Of a DNA stretch of 36,290 nt, positions 20,629-29,110 are shown piece by piece. Within the stretch, counting starts at the first letter, position 1. The number at the start of each line of letters is the position of its first letter. The DNA is from an uncultured Gammaproteobacteria bacterium (GTDB lineage Bacteria; Patescibacteriota; Patescibacteriia; CAZVIU01). The stretch is from contig CAZVIU010000003.1 in NCBI GenBank assembly GCA_964626935.1, positions 1-36,290 of the forward strand. The letters run 5' to 3'. A program made the translations under genes and the position numbers. The notes beneath the pieces are model-generated. The model was not told the DNA's origin, made no database searches, and was given only the letters and a program-made list of their open reading frames with translations.

Positions 20629-21789
20629 ATGGACATTCAGGATGTTGATGTTTTAGTTATCGGTGCTGGAGCAATTGGGTTATCGATTGCGTGGGAGCTT
20701 GCTAAGCTAGGTCGCGATGTTATTGTGCTTGAGCGTGAGGCACATGTTGGCAGCGTACAATCTGCGCGGAATTCTGGCGTTATTCATGCGGGAATTTACT
20801 ATGAGCCAGGATCTTGGAAGGCGCGTACATGTAAAACAGAACATTTCTATGAGTTTTGCAGAACGTACGGTGTGCCACATAAGCAGACAGGTAATTTAAT
20901 CGTTGCTAGAACTATGGATGAGCTTGAGGTGCTTGGATCGCTCGAGCGACAAGCAGCCCTGAATGGCGTAAAAGATTGTCTGCTTCTTGGGGGTGCTGGT
21001 GTGCGCAAATATGAGCCAAACATTCAAGCGCTTGCGGCACTATATGATTCAGTGAGTGGTATTGTAGATGTGGCCTCGTATGTTGTCACATTGAAGCGTT
21101 TGTGCCAAGGTCTTGGAGTTATCATTTTGACGAAAACGAATGTTGATCGAATTTTTCTTGATACATTTCCCGTAGTTCATGCCACTGAAGCTAGCGGCAA
21201 CGAGCTCTACATTCGTCCAAAAATACTTGTGAACGCCGCAGGACTGGACGCAGCGCGTATTGCGCGTATGGTTAATCCGGGAAATCCTTGGAATTATGCT
21301 TTAACTCGCGGCGAATATGTTTCCTTCAATATGCGTAAGCGCAGTGATTTAGCGCTTCAAGGTCATTTGATCTATCCCATACCGTGTGTATATCAAGGTT
21401 CTGATGGAAAAGAATATACATCGCTTGGTATTCACCTCACTCCCACATTCCAGATTAATGGACATGGTGAATATGAGGTGGGACCAACTATATTAATTGG
21501 GCCTTCAGCAAAGCCGGTTCATGATGCTCTTGATTATGAAAAAGATCGGTACCCGATAAGGCACTTTATCGATAGAGTTAGTCAATTTTTTTCAACACTC
21601 CAAGAGGAAGATTGTGAATTAAGTTATAGTGGGATTGTTGCTCGTTTTGCCGCACCGCATCGTGATTTTGTTATTGAAAAAGATTCCCTGTTTCCAAATT
21701 GTATCCATCTTGTAGGTATTGATTCTCCGGGTCTTACTGCTTCGCTCGCGATTGGAGAAGAAGTAAGTAAGCTTGCGCACTCTATCTAA
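20629..21789 (+). CDS. FAD-dependent oxidoreductase (DAO family; L-2-hydroxyglutarate oxidase LhgO-like)
   Basis: VDVLVIGAGAIGLSIAWELAKLGRDVIVLE is the dinucleotide-binding fold. QSARNSGVIHAGIYYEPGSWKA is typical of LhgO-like enzymes. GIDSPGLTASLAIGE lies at the C-terminus. A strong SD (AAGGGAGG) lies 6 nt upstream. Confidence 0.75.
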   Translation: MDIQDVDVLVIGAGAIGLSIAWELAKLGRDVIVLEREAHVGSVQSARNSGVIHAGIYYEPGSWKARTCKTEHFYEFCRTYGVPHKQTGNLIVARTMDELEVLGSLERQAALNGVKDCLLLGGAGVRKYEPNIQALAALYDSVSGIVDVASYVVTLKRLCQGLGVIILTKTNVDRIFLDTFPVVHATEASGNELYIRPKILVNAAGLDAARIARMVNPGNPWNYALTRGEYVSFNMRKRSDLALQGHLIYPIPCVYQGSDGKEYTSLGIHLTPTFQINGHGEYEVGPTILIGPSAKPVHDALDYEKDRYPIRHFIDRVSQFFSTLQEEDCELSYSGIVARFAAPHRDFVIEKDSLFPNCIHLVGIDSPGLTASLAIGEEVSKLAHSI

Positions 21790-21810
21790 ACGCGCCCTAC
21801 AGCGCGTTTT
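21788..21810 (+). terminator. Rho-independent terminator
   Basis: AAACGCGC-CCTACA-GCGCGTTT is followed by T, overlapping the stop codon at 21787-21789. Confidence 0.75.
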
Positions 21811-22055
21811 ATATAATTCGCACACCACATAGGTGCGTACACATTGTGCGGCTCGATACATAAACGCATACATAAACTGATTAAATTATCGGACTGTATT
21901 ACTATAGAACCAATTGTTTTTTTACTCTTTGTAAGTCTATAGAGGGGTAAGGAGAAACGACACCTACATAAATCACGCATAATTCGTGATGCAGACGCGA
22001 TATGTGTATAAAAATAGTCTGAATTCATTAATAAAAGACAGAAAAGAAGGACCCA

Positions 22056-22460
22056 GTGTTAGTATTGATACCGGACGTAGTGTGTGAATCAGAGCGGAAA
22101 CCCGATCACGAGGACGCGCGTAGGACGCTGTGCACTATGTTTAATGGTGATCTTGGAGAATTCCGCGCGGCACAAGTCAAGTGTGTGTTTATAAAAGCGG
22201 ACGGTGTTTTAGGTGGACACTTTCATAGATATCACGAACTTTTTTATCTGCTCGATGGCGAAGCCTCATTTGTTCTACAGCATACATGTAGTCTTCTTAA
22301 GCAGCAGCTTGTATTGAGAAAAGGATCGCGAGTACTTATTCCTCCTTTTGTTGCGCATGCTGCGAAAGTCAAGGCTGGAACCATTTTGGTTGGTTGTACT
22401 GAAGTACCGTATCGATCGGCCGTAGAGAATGATCAACCATACGAAGTGAAGTTTGATTAG
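22056..22460 (+). CDS. Cupin-fold protein (WbuC/CapF-C-terminal-like, sugar-nucleotide associated)
   Basis: GGHFHRYHELFYLLDGEASFVL and LIPPFVAHA are cupin motifs 1 and 2. The start is GTG 22056, and an internal ATG is possible. Confidence 0.55.
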   Translation: MLVLIPDVVCESERKPDHEDARRTLCTMFNGDLGEFRAAQVKCVFIKADGVLGGHFHRYHELFYLLDGEASFVLQHTCSLLKQQLVLRKGSRVLIPPFVAHAAKVKAGTILVGCTEVPYRSAVENDQPYEVKFD

Positions 22461-22465
22461 TTACT

Positions 22466-22490
22466 AAAGCAACCGCCAGGGTTGCTTTTT
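22466..22490 (+). terminator. Rho-independent terminator
   Basis: AGCAACC-GCCAG-GGTTGCT is followed by a T5 tract. Confidence 0.8.
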
Positions 22491-22538
22491 AATTTATTTT
22501 AAGATAATATCAAGCCTATAACAGTCTCTATTTTGTAA

Positions 22539-23567
22539 ATGGAACTTTTGATTATTACTCAGAAAGTTGATTTAGTCGATCCAATACTCGGCTTTTTTCA
22601 TCGTTGGATTGAAAAATTTGCGCATCACTTTGAGAGAGTAGAAGTTATCGCGTTGGAAGTTAGAGAACATAATCTACCAGCAAATGTTTCAGTGCATTCC
22701 TTGGGAAAAGAAAAAGGTTATGGAAGATTGCATCGTGCTATATTCTATATTCTGTATTCTATATTCTTGCGATATGACGCGGTTTTTGTTCACATGAACC
22801 CAGAATATCTCGCTCTTTTCGGTTGGTACTGGAAATTGATGGGCAAACGCACAGCGCTATGGTACACGCATAAATCAGTAACCTGGTGGTTATGCTTGGC
22901 GGAGAAATTTGCTGATAAGATTTTTACCGCATCGCGCGAAAGTTTTCGCTTGCCGAGCAGAAAGGTTGAGATTATTGGACATGGGATAGAGATGGAACTT
23001 TTCATAAGAACACAAGAACACAAGAACACAAGAACAAATTTACGATTATTATCGGTCGGAAGAATAGCATCCAGTAAAGACTTGGAGACGATTATTCGCG
23101 CAGCTCAAAAATTATCTAACGACGGTATACAGGTTACGCTTGATATTGTTGGAGCGCCTGTAATGGGTGCTGATTTTGAATATGAGAAAGCACTGCATGA
23201 GACTATTAAAAATCTAAACCCTGAAGACGTCATTAAATTTTTAGGTCCGAAGAATTATGAAGGAATGCCCAAGATTTATGGTGAACACGATTTATTGATT
23301 CATACATCCAAAACAGGAAGTGTTGATAAAGTCGTTCTTGAAGCGCTCGCCTGTGGCACGCCAGTAATAAGTTCAAGCGAGGCATTCCACGATCTTCCAG
23401 AATATCTGCGGTTTAAGGAAAATGATGTAGAAGATTTGGCCAGTAAAATAATTAATTTCACGCAAGTCAAACCAGACATATCAAAATTGACTGAATTAGT
23501 TCGTAGCCAAAGCAATCTCGACACACTAATTAAAAAAATATCCAATTTTCTAAATTCTGCATTCTAA
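22539..23567 (+). CDS. Glycosyltransferase (GT-B/GT4-like, short form)
   Basis: Motifs are LLIITQKVDLVDPILGFFHRWIEKFA, LSVGRIASSKDLETIIRAA and LLIHTSKTGSVDKVVLEALACGTPVISSS. The stop codon lies inside a heptamer array. Confidence 0.8.
   Translation: MELLIITQKVDLVDPILGFFHRWIEKFAHHFERVEVIALEVREHNLPANVSVHSLGKEKGYGRLHRAIFYILYSIFLRYDAVFVHMNPEYLALFGWYWKLMGKRTALWYTHKSVTWWLCLAEKFADKIFTASRESFRLPSRKVEIIGHGIEMELFIRTQEHKNTRTNLRLLSVGRIASSKDLETIIRAAQKLSNDGIQVTLDIVGAPVMGADFEYEKALHETIKNLNPEDVIKFLGPKNYEGMPKIYGEHDLLIHTSKTGSVDKVVLEALACGTPVISSSEAFHDLPEYLRFKENDVEDLASKIINFTQVKPDISKLTELVRSQSNLDTLIKKISNFLNSAF
22738..22767 (+). repeat. Heptamer array CTATATT x4 inside CDS
   Basis: CTATATT CTATATT CTGTATT CTATATT is translated AIFYILYSIF. 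Confidence 0.85.
23006..23037 (+). repeat. Octamer array (AAGAACAC)x3 plus AAGAACAA inside CDS
   Basis: This is a direct read, translated RTQEHKNTRT. The family matches 4901 and 31355. Confidence 0.95.
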
Positions 23568-23582
23568 ATTCTATATTCTTGT
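23548..23582 (+). repeat. Heptamer array TTCTNNA x5 containing the gene's stop codon
   Basis: The array is TTCTAAA TTCTGCA TTCTAAA TTCTATA TTCTTGT. TAA 23565-23567 lies in unit 3. Confidence 0.85.
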
Positions 23583-23588
23583 TTTATT

Positions 23589-23640
23589 AAAATTCCTTGT
23601 TCTGTTACCATCCTCACTTTGAACTCAAGCAAGGAATTTT
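23589..23640. repeat. Intergenic stem-loop AAAATTCCTTG-N30-CAAGGAATTTT
   Basis: It has a perfect 11-bp stem (23589-23599 and 23630-23640). Confidence 0.8.
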
Positions 23641-23686
23641 GGCTGGCGCTCTCATGTAGAAAATTCCAGCTCACGTTAAATAAAAA

Positions 23687-23707
23687 AAGCTACAAGCTAT
23701 AAGCTAT
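23687..23707 (+). repeat. Heptamer array AAGCTAY x3 abutting asnB-like start codon
   Basis: AAGCTAC AAGCTAT AAGCTAT ends 2 nt before ATG 23710. Confidence 0.9.
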
Positions 23708-23709
23708 TT

Positions 23710-25557
23710 ATGTGCGCTATCAACGGATTTAATTTCCGGGATGAAAATTTAATACAACGAATGAACAAAGTAACACGCCATCGCGGCCCTGACGATACTG
23801 GTATCGCCCTTTTTGATAATTGCTCGCTTGGGCATGATCGCTTAAGTATTATTGATCTTTCATCCCGTGGTCGTCAGCCCATGAGTACGGCCGATGACCG
23901 TTACACTATTACTTATAATGGTGAGCTTTATAATTTTAAAGAAATCCGCGATGAGCTTGCGGGAAAATATAAATTTAGTTCTGATTCTGATACCGAAGTT
24001 GTTTTATATGCCTATGCTGAATGGGGCGCCCAAATGTTAAAAAGATTAAATGGTATTTTTGCCTTTGCAATTTATGATAGAGACAAGAATGAATTATTTT
24101 TAGCGCGAGACCGAGCAGGCGTTAACCCGCTTTATTACTATCATGACGGTAAACGTTTTTTCTTTTCTTCAGAAATGAAGGCGATACTTGAAGCAGGCAT
24201 GCCGCGCGCCGTAGATAAAACCGCGTTTAATCATTATATGCGGCTACTTTATGTTCCGGCGCCGCTTACGATGTTTGCGAATATTTTTAAACTTCCGGCT
24301 GCTCATTACGCATTTTTTCGAAACAACCAATTGTCAATTAGTGAATATTGGCGCGTAAGTGATTTTGAGGATTTACATGATTACGAAGACGCTAAAAACA
24401 TGATATTAAAAACAATAAAAGAAAGCGTTAGGTGGCAATTAATTTCAGATCGGCCGGTTGGAGTTTTTCTCTCTGGCGGCATTGATTCAACTGCTATTTG
24501 TGGCGCGGCGCGAGAATATATTCCGGGAAAAGTAAAAACATACTCTGTTGGTTATAAAGCAAACCTTGAAGAAGAAAAATACAATCACGATTTTTATCTG
24601 GCGCGTAAAACTGCCGAAGCGTGGAACACTGATCATCACGAATTAACTATTTCTGGAGCTGATGTTCGCGATAATTTAGAAAAGATTATTTATCATCTTG
24701 ATGAGCCCGTGGCAAATGCCACTGCCGCGTCTATGTTTTTGCTTGCGCGCGAAGCTAAACAAGATGTTGCGGTGGTGCTTGGCGGTGATGGCGGCGATGA
24801 GCTTTTTGGCGGCTATTCGCGTTATGCATTATCACGTTTTATCAGCCATTTTAGAGATAAACCAGTGCTCGTGCGGAAGATCGTAGAAACATTACTAAGA
24901 ATAAGCCGTAAAAGGGAAGTGCTTTTGAAGTTATCAACTAGTAGTGGAGCTGATCGCATCCTTACTTTCGTGGCCCAAAAGGATGATTTGCTTTGTAGCG
25001 TGTTGAATTCTAAAGTTTTTGATACGCAAGCAACGCATGATTTTTTTGAAAATAAATTCTTTCGTGGTGGTGTCCCCACGAATGACCTCGAGCGCTACTT
25101 TATGGAAGTTGATCGACAAACATGGCTCGTTGATGAATCGCTCCTCCGTTCTAACAAAATGACCTTAGCCCATGGGCTTGAGCAACGTGTGCCCATCTTG
25201 GATTACCGTATGATTGAGCTTACTGCTAAAATTCCAACAGCGTGGAAAATACGAGGAACGGGCACTTGTGCCGAAGGAAAAATTATTTGGAAAGAAGCCA
25301 TTGCCGGTTATCTGCCCGATCATATTAAGCGCGAACCAAAACGTGGGTGGTTTAGTCCAACAGCCAAGTGGCTTCGTGATGAATTACGTGAGACAGGAGA
25401 GGAGATCGTCTTTCGCGGATTAAACGAGGAACTTTTCAATAAAAAAGAAGTAGAGCGAATATGGCGCGATCACTTGGAATACCGTGAGTATAATGCTAAT
25501 ATAATTTGGGCGATCATAACATGGCATGTGTGGCATAAGACATTCGTTAAAACATGA
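23710..25557 (+). CDS. asnB: Asparagine synthase (glutamine-hydrolysing) family amidotransferase
   Basis: The N-terminus MCAINGF carries the Cys2 nucleophile of Ntn amidotransferases. HRGPDD and YNGELYN are present, as is the PP-loop VFLSGGIDST. In a glycan locus, a sugar or uronate amidotransferase role is as likely as Asn synthesis. Confidence 0.85.
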   Translation: MCAINGFNFRDENLIQRMNKVTRHRGPDDTGIALFDNCSLGHDRLSIIDLSSRGRQPMSTADDRYTITYNGELYNFKEIRDELAGKYKFSSDSDTEVVLYAYAEWGAQMLKRLNGIFAFAIYDRDKNELFLARDRAGVNPLYYYHDGKRFFFSSEMKAILEAGMPRAVDKTAFNHYMRLLYVPAPLTMFANIFKLPAAHYAFFRNNQLSISEYWRVSDFEDLHDYEDAKNMILKTIKESVRWQLISDRPVGVFLSGGIDSTAICGAAREYIPGKVKTYSVGYKANLEEEKYNHDFYLARKTAEAWNTDHHELTISGADVRDNLEKIIYHLDEPVANATAASMFLLAREAKQDVAVVLGGDGGDELFGGYSRYALSRFISHFRDKPVLVRKIVETLLRISRKREVLLKLSTSSGADRILTFVAQKDDLLCSVLNSKVFDTQATHDFFENKFFRGGVPTNDLERYFMEVDRQTWLVDESLLRSNKMTLAHGLEQRVPILDYRMIELTAKIPTAWKIRGTGTCAEGKIIWKEAIAGYLPDHIKREPKRGWFSPTAKWLRDELRETGEEIVFRGLNEELFNKKEVERIWRDHLEYREYNANIIWAIITWHVWHKTFVKT

Positions 25558-25580
25558 AAACATTAAAACATGAAAATAAT
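25549..25580. repeat. Octamer array AAAACATG x4 (reverse complement of the GTTTTCAT family) over the stop/start junction
   Basis: The array is AAAACATG AAAACATT AAAACATG AAAATAAT. It contains the asnB-like stop (25555-25557) and the ATG at 25554. Confidence 0.9.
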
Positions 25581-26258
25581 TTGTTTCAATGTTCTAGTGA
25601 CGCGCGTGCTTTCATGATGAACATTCAAGTTCCCACAACTCACTATACAAACGAACAGTATGATCACAAAGCTCGGTGGATTTCGTATTGGCAGCAAATA
25701 CACGAAGTTATGAAAGTGAGGCCACAGAATGTTCTTGAAGTTGGATTAGGAAGTGGTGTTACCGCAAATTATATCAGGGCGCGAGGAGCAGATTTAAAAA
25801 CGCTTGACATTGATGAAGCTTTGAAGCCAGATTATGCAGGATCAGTTCTTGCAATGCCACTGCTGGACAGCAGCTTTGATGTAGTCTGTGCATTTGAGGT
25901 GCTTGAACATCTACCATTTCAAGATTTTCAAAAGGCCCTGCGCGAGATGGCCCGCGTGGCGCATAAATATGTTATAATTTCTATTCCCGACAGCCGCCAT
26001 ACCCTGTTGCGTCTAACATTAAAAGTTCCATTTTTGCCCCAGATTGATTGGCTTTGGAAAATGAATTCATGGAAAGTGCATAAATTTAATGGCCAGCACT
26101 ATTGGGAAATAGGGAAACGGGGATACTCACTGTCGCGTGTGCGTAACGCAATGCAATTAGCCGGCCTAAAATTTATAAAAGACTATGTTACCACCGACTG
26201 TCCAACAAAACATTTTTTTGTACTAGAAAAAATATCTAGTGAGTCAATCGCAAAATAA
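25554..26258 (+). CDS. Class I SAM-dependent methyltransferase
   Basis: Motif I is VLEVGLGSGVTANYI, and DVVCAFEVLEHL is present. The ATGA start/stop overlap with the upstream gene suggests coupling. An alternative start at MMNIQ (about 25614) would remove the array-encoded N-terminus. Confidence 0.75.
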   Translation: MKTLKHENNLFQCSSDARAFMMNIQVPTTHYTNEQYDHKARWISYWQQIHEVMKVRPQNVLEVGLGSGVTANYIRARGADLKTLDIDEALKPDYAGSVLAMPLLDSSFDVVCAFEVLEHLPFQDFQKALREMARVAHKYVIISIPDSRHTLLRLTLKVPFLPQIDWLWKMNSWKVHKFNGQHYWEIGKRGYSLSRVRNAMQLAGLKFIKDYVTTDCPTKHFFVLEKISSESIAK

Positions 26259-26260
26259 TC

Positions 26261-26288
26261 ACCATCTTTAATATATTAAAGATGGTTA
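26261..26288 (+). terminator. Hairpin terminator after methyltransferase
   Basis: ACCATCTTTAATAT|ATTAAAGATGGT is a perfect palindrome followed by TATTTT. A second hairpin, CTTTGATACTT-GG-AAGTATCAAAG, lies at 26307-26330. Confidence 0.6.
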
Positions 26289-26381
26289 TTTTGCCACAAT
26301 TCTCTACTTTGATACTTGGAAGTATCAAAGTACAAATAAAGACTGCAGTAGATATTTTATAGATGTGCTGTAGGCCTTTTT

Positions 26382-27554
26382 ATGAGTAACGTAATCAAAG
26401 AGAAAAAATTAATATATATCGCTAATGCGCGGATGCCGACGGAGCGGGCGCATGGATGGCAGATTATGAAAATGTGCGAGGCCTTTGCTTATAATGACGT
26501 TCGTCTTACGCTAATCGTGCCTCGTAGGTGGCGCAATCCATTCCGTAGCGATCCATTTGAGTTCTATAAGATACAACGAAAATTCAGAGTCGTATATTTA
26601 CCATGTATTGATTTTTTATCACTTGTTGGCGATGGATTACCTGCGATTTTAGCTTTCAAGCTGCAAGCGGCAACATTCGCGCTCGTGGTTCTATTTTATT
26701 GTTTGTTTAAAAGATCAACTTTTTTTACACGCGATCATTTTTCTGGGCTCTTGCTCGCGCTTGCCGATAAAAAGGTATTTTTTGAAATCCATGATAATCC
26801 TCGCCCGAGCCAGTTGATGCGGCTACTTATGAGGAAAATTAGCGGACTTATCACTACTAATAAATGGAAGGGAGAAGAAGCGTGTCGGATTTTTGGATTA
26901 GCTAATGAAAAGATTTTTTTATCCTATAACGGCGTTGATACTGATCAATTTTTGGTCAGCGACGCGCAAGCTATTTGTCAGCGCAAACTAGGCATTCCCC
27001 AAGATAAAAAACTTATTGTTTACGCCGGGCATTTATATGCTTGGAAAGGAGTGCATACATTAGCGCGGGCAATACAATGGCTGCCGCAAGATGTAGAAAT
27101 CTTGTTTATTGGCGGCACAGTGAGCGATAGTCGCGAATTTGAGCAGTTTATAAACCAAAATTTACCACTATTTACAAACCGGCTGAAGCTCTTTGGCTAC
27201 AAGAGACATGAGGAGGTACCATATTTTTTGTGCGCCGCCGATGTTATTGTCGTGCCCACGAGCGCTAAAGAAAATATTGGTTCGCACGAAACCTCGCCCT
27301 TAAAATTATTTGAAGGCATGGCTGCGCGACGACCGCTTATTGTTTCGGATACGCCTGCGGCGCGAGAGATAGTTAGCGAGAATGAGGTTAATTTTTTTGA
27401 ATCTGATGAAGCAGAAAACCTGGCCGCAGTGATCAGTCAAATTTTAAATAATCCAGCCGCGGCAGAAGAAAAAACAAAAAACGCTTGGGAAAAAGTAAGA
27501 GGACTGGGCTGGGATAATCGTGCCAAAAAAATTATAAACTTCCTGTATTCCTAA
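26382..27554 (+). CDS. GT4-family glycosyltransferase
   Basis: Motifs are ERAHGWQIMKMCEAFA, YAGHLYAWKGVHTLARA and VVPTSAKENIGSHETSPLKLFEGMAARRPLIVSDTPAAREIV. Confidence 0.85.
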   Translation: MSNVIKEKKLIYIANARMPTERAHGWQIMKMCEAFAYNDVRLTLIVPRRWRNPFRSDPFEFYKIQRKFRVVYLPCIDFLSLVGDGLPAILAFKLQAATFALVVLFYCLFKRSTFFTRDHFSGLLLALADKKVFFEIHDNPRPSQLMRLLMRKISGLITTNKWKGEEACRIFGLANEKIFLSYNGVDTDQFLVSDAQAICQRKLGIPQDKKLIVYAGHLYAWKGVHTLARAIQWLPQDVEILFIGGTVSDSREFEQFINQNLPLFTNRLKLFGYKRHEEVPYFLCAADVIVVPTSAKENIGSHETSPLKLFEGMAARRPLIVSDTPAAREIVSENEVNFFESDEAENLAAVISQILNNPAAAEEKTKNAWEKVRGLGWDNRAKKIINFLYS

Positions 27555-27570
27555 TTCTGAAGTCTGTATT

Positions 27571-27960
27571 TTATTTTGTTTCAATCTCCCAATCTTTAGG
27601 ATCGGTAGGGCGACGATGCTCATCGTCGGTTGAGAATTTTTTATCAATATAGAAAACGAGCACAGCTGGTTCAAGCGATTTATATCCATGCCAAACACCC
27701 GGTGGGATAATTAAGGTTTTACGCGTGTGCTCAGAAATCACAAATTTTTCTTCGGGCCTACCATCTTCGTAGAGCAGTCGCACCAATATTGAGCCCTGGG
27801 CCACAGCAAAATAATCAGTTTGACGCTCATGCATATGCAAACCACAAATACGTCCAGCTTTCATGTGGGTGAAATTCATGTCGCCCGGAAGGCCGGGGAT
27901 AATATCGTAAAATCCTCGTCGGCGACCATCTTCGTTAAAACGTTGATCGTGAAATTGCAT
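27571..27960 (-). CDS. RmlC-like cupin (dTDP-4-dehydrorhamnose 3,5-epimerase-related, short form)
   Basis: FHDQRFNEDGRRRGFYD and GLHMHERQTDYFAVAQGSILVRL resemble the RmlC core RGLH..Q.KLV.V.G. At 129 aa it is shorter than canonical RmlC. Confidence 0.6.
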   Translation of the reverse strand: MQFHDQRFNEDGRRRGFYDIIPGLPGDMNFTHMKAGRICGLHMHERQTDYFAVAQGSILVRLLYEDGRPEEKFVISEHTRKTLIIPPGVWHGYKSLEPAVLVFYIDKKFSTDDEHRRPTDPKDWEIETK

Positions 27961-28069
27961 AATGTGATACGGATTTGCGAATTTTATGCAGATCTACAAA
28001 TGTGCGAATAGATAATTGTAATTAGCATATTCGTGCGATTCGCATAAGATTTGTAGATTCATATCATAC

Positions 28070-29110
28070 CTAGTAGTATTGTGCTTTTGATTGCCGTTCG
28101 TAATGTTCCAAAAACGTGGTTGTGTTTTTAATTTCCGTCCACCAATCACGGTTATCTAAATACCATTGTACTGTAGAGGCAAGGGCATCATCAAATTGAT
28201 ATACTGGTTGCCAGCCAAGTTCGCGAGTAATTTTACCAGAATCTGGCGCGTACCGTAAATCCGCCCCTGGCCGGTCGCTTGTGTGTACTGTATGATTTTT
28301 CAAACGATCTGCCATATTTAAGTTTTTTGCAATCTGCGATAAAACCTCGAGATTAGTTTTTGGCGCGCCGCCCGCATTATAGATTTCTCCGTCGCGGCCA
28401 TTGTGCATCACAATATCAATCGCGTTGCAGAAGTCTTGAACATAAAGCCAGCTACGGATATGTTGCCCATTGCCATGTACAGGAATTTGTTTACCCTCAA
28501 GCAAGCTGGATATAGTCAAAGGAATCAACTTTTCCGGATATTGGTACGGGCCGAAATTGTTTGAACCGCGCACGATTATTGCCGGAAGACGGTGGCTGCG
28601 AATGTATGATTTAATCAGTAAATCTGCCGCGGCTTTTGAGGATGAATACGGGCTTGAAGGATTAAGGGGCGTGTTTTCATCAGAAGCGCCGTTCGTCACA
28701 TCGCCATATACTTCATCGGTTGAAATTTGCACAAAACGATGAGTTTTAAATTGCTTTGCCGCTTCAATCAGCGCGTGCGTGCCCACCACATTCGTTCGAA
28801 TGAAGTGGTATGAGGAATGGAGCGAGCGATCAACATGCGATTCGGCAGCGAAATTTATAATTACGTCAAAGTTATCTTGAGCGAAAAGATTATCAAGTAA
28901 ACTTTTATCGCAAATATCCCCTTGGAAAAATGTGTAACGATTACTGCCCTCAAGGTCAAGCAAATTTTTTTTATTTCCCGAATAAGTCAAAAGATCCAAA
29001 TTAAAAATTTGGTAGGTAGAATAGGCGTGGTGCAAGTGACGAATGAAATTTGAGCCGATAAAACCAGCGCCGCCCGAGACAAGAATTTTTTTAAAATTAT
29101 GAGGACGCAT
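28070..29110 (-). CDS. rfbB: dTDP-glucose 4,6-dehydratase
   Basis: Motifs are KILVSGGAGFIGSNFIRH, NLDLLTYSGN, AAESHVDRS, ISTDEVYGD, YSSSKAAADL (YxxxK) and NNFGPYQYPEKLIP. Confidence 0.9.
   Translation of the reverse strand: MRPHNFKKILVSGGAGFIGSNFIRHLHHAYSTYQIFNLDLLTYSGNKKNLLDLEGSNRYTFFQGDICDKSLLDNLFAQDNFDVIINFAAESHVDRSLHSSYHFIRTNVVGTHALIEAAKQFKTHRFVQISTDEVYGDVTNGASDENTPLNPSSPYSSSKAAADLLIKSYIRSHRLPAIIVRGSNNFGPYQYPEKLIPLTISSLLEGKQIPVHGNGQHIRSWLYVQDFCNAIDIVMHNGRDGEIYNAGGAPKTNLEVLSQIAKNLNMADRLKNHTVHTSDRPGADLRYAPDSGKITRELGWQPVYQFDDALASTVQWYLDNRDWWTEIKNTTTFLEHYERQSKAQYY

Noticed and set aside
21811-22055. The 245-nt gene-free stretch upstream of the cupin gene, considered as a riboswitch or sRNA. 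It also holds the minus-strand ORFs 21619-21873 and 21786-22028.
   Set aside because: It has only small, weak hairpins (CGCAC..GTGCG, ATCACG..CGTGAT). I recognise no conserved riboswitch core. The minus-strand ORFs have implausible Cys/Arg-rich low-complexity products.
19154-22500. Calling the GC-richer island a mobile element.
   Set aside because: I could recognise no integrase, transposase, tRNA target, or flanking direct or inverted repeats. It is reported only as a compositional anomaly.
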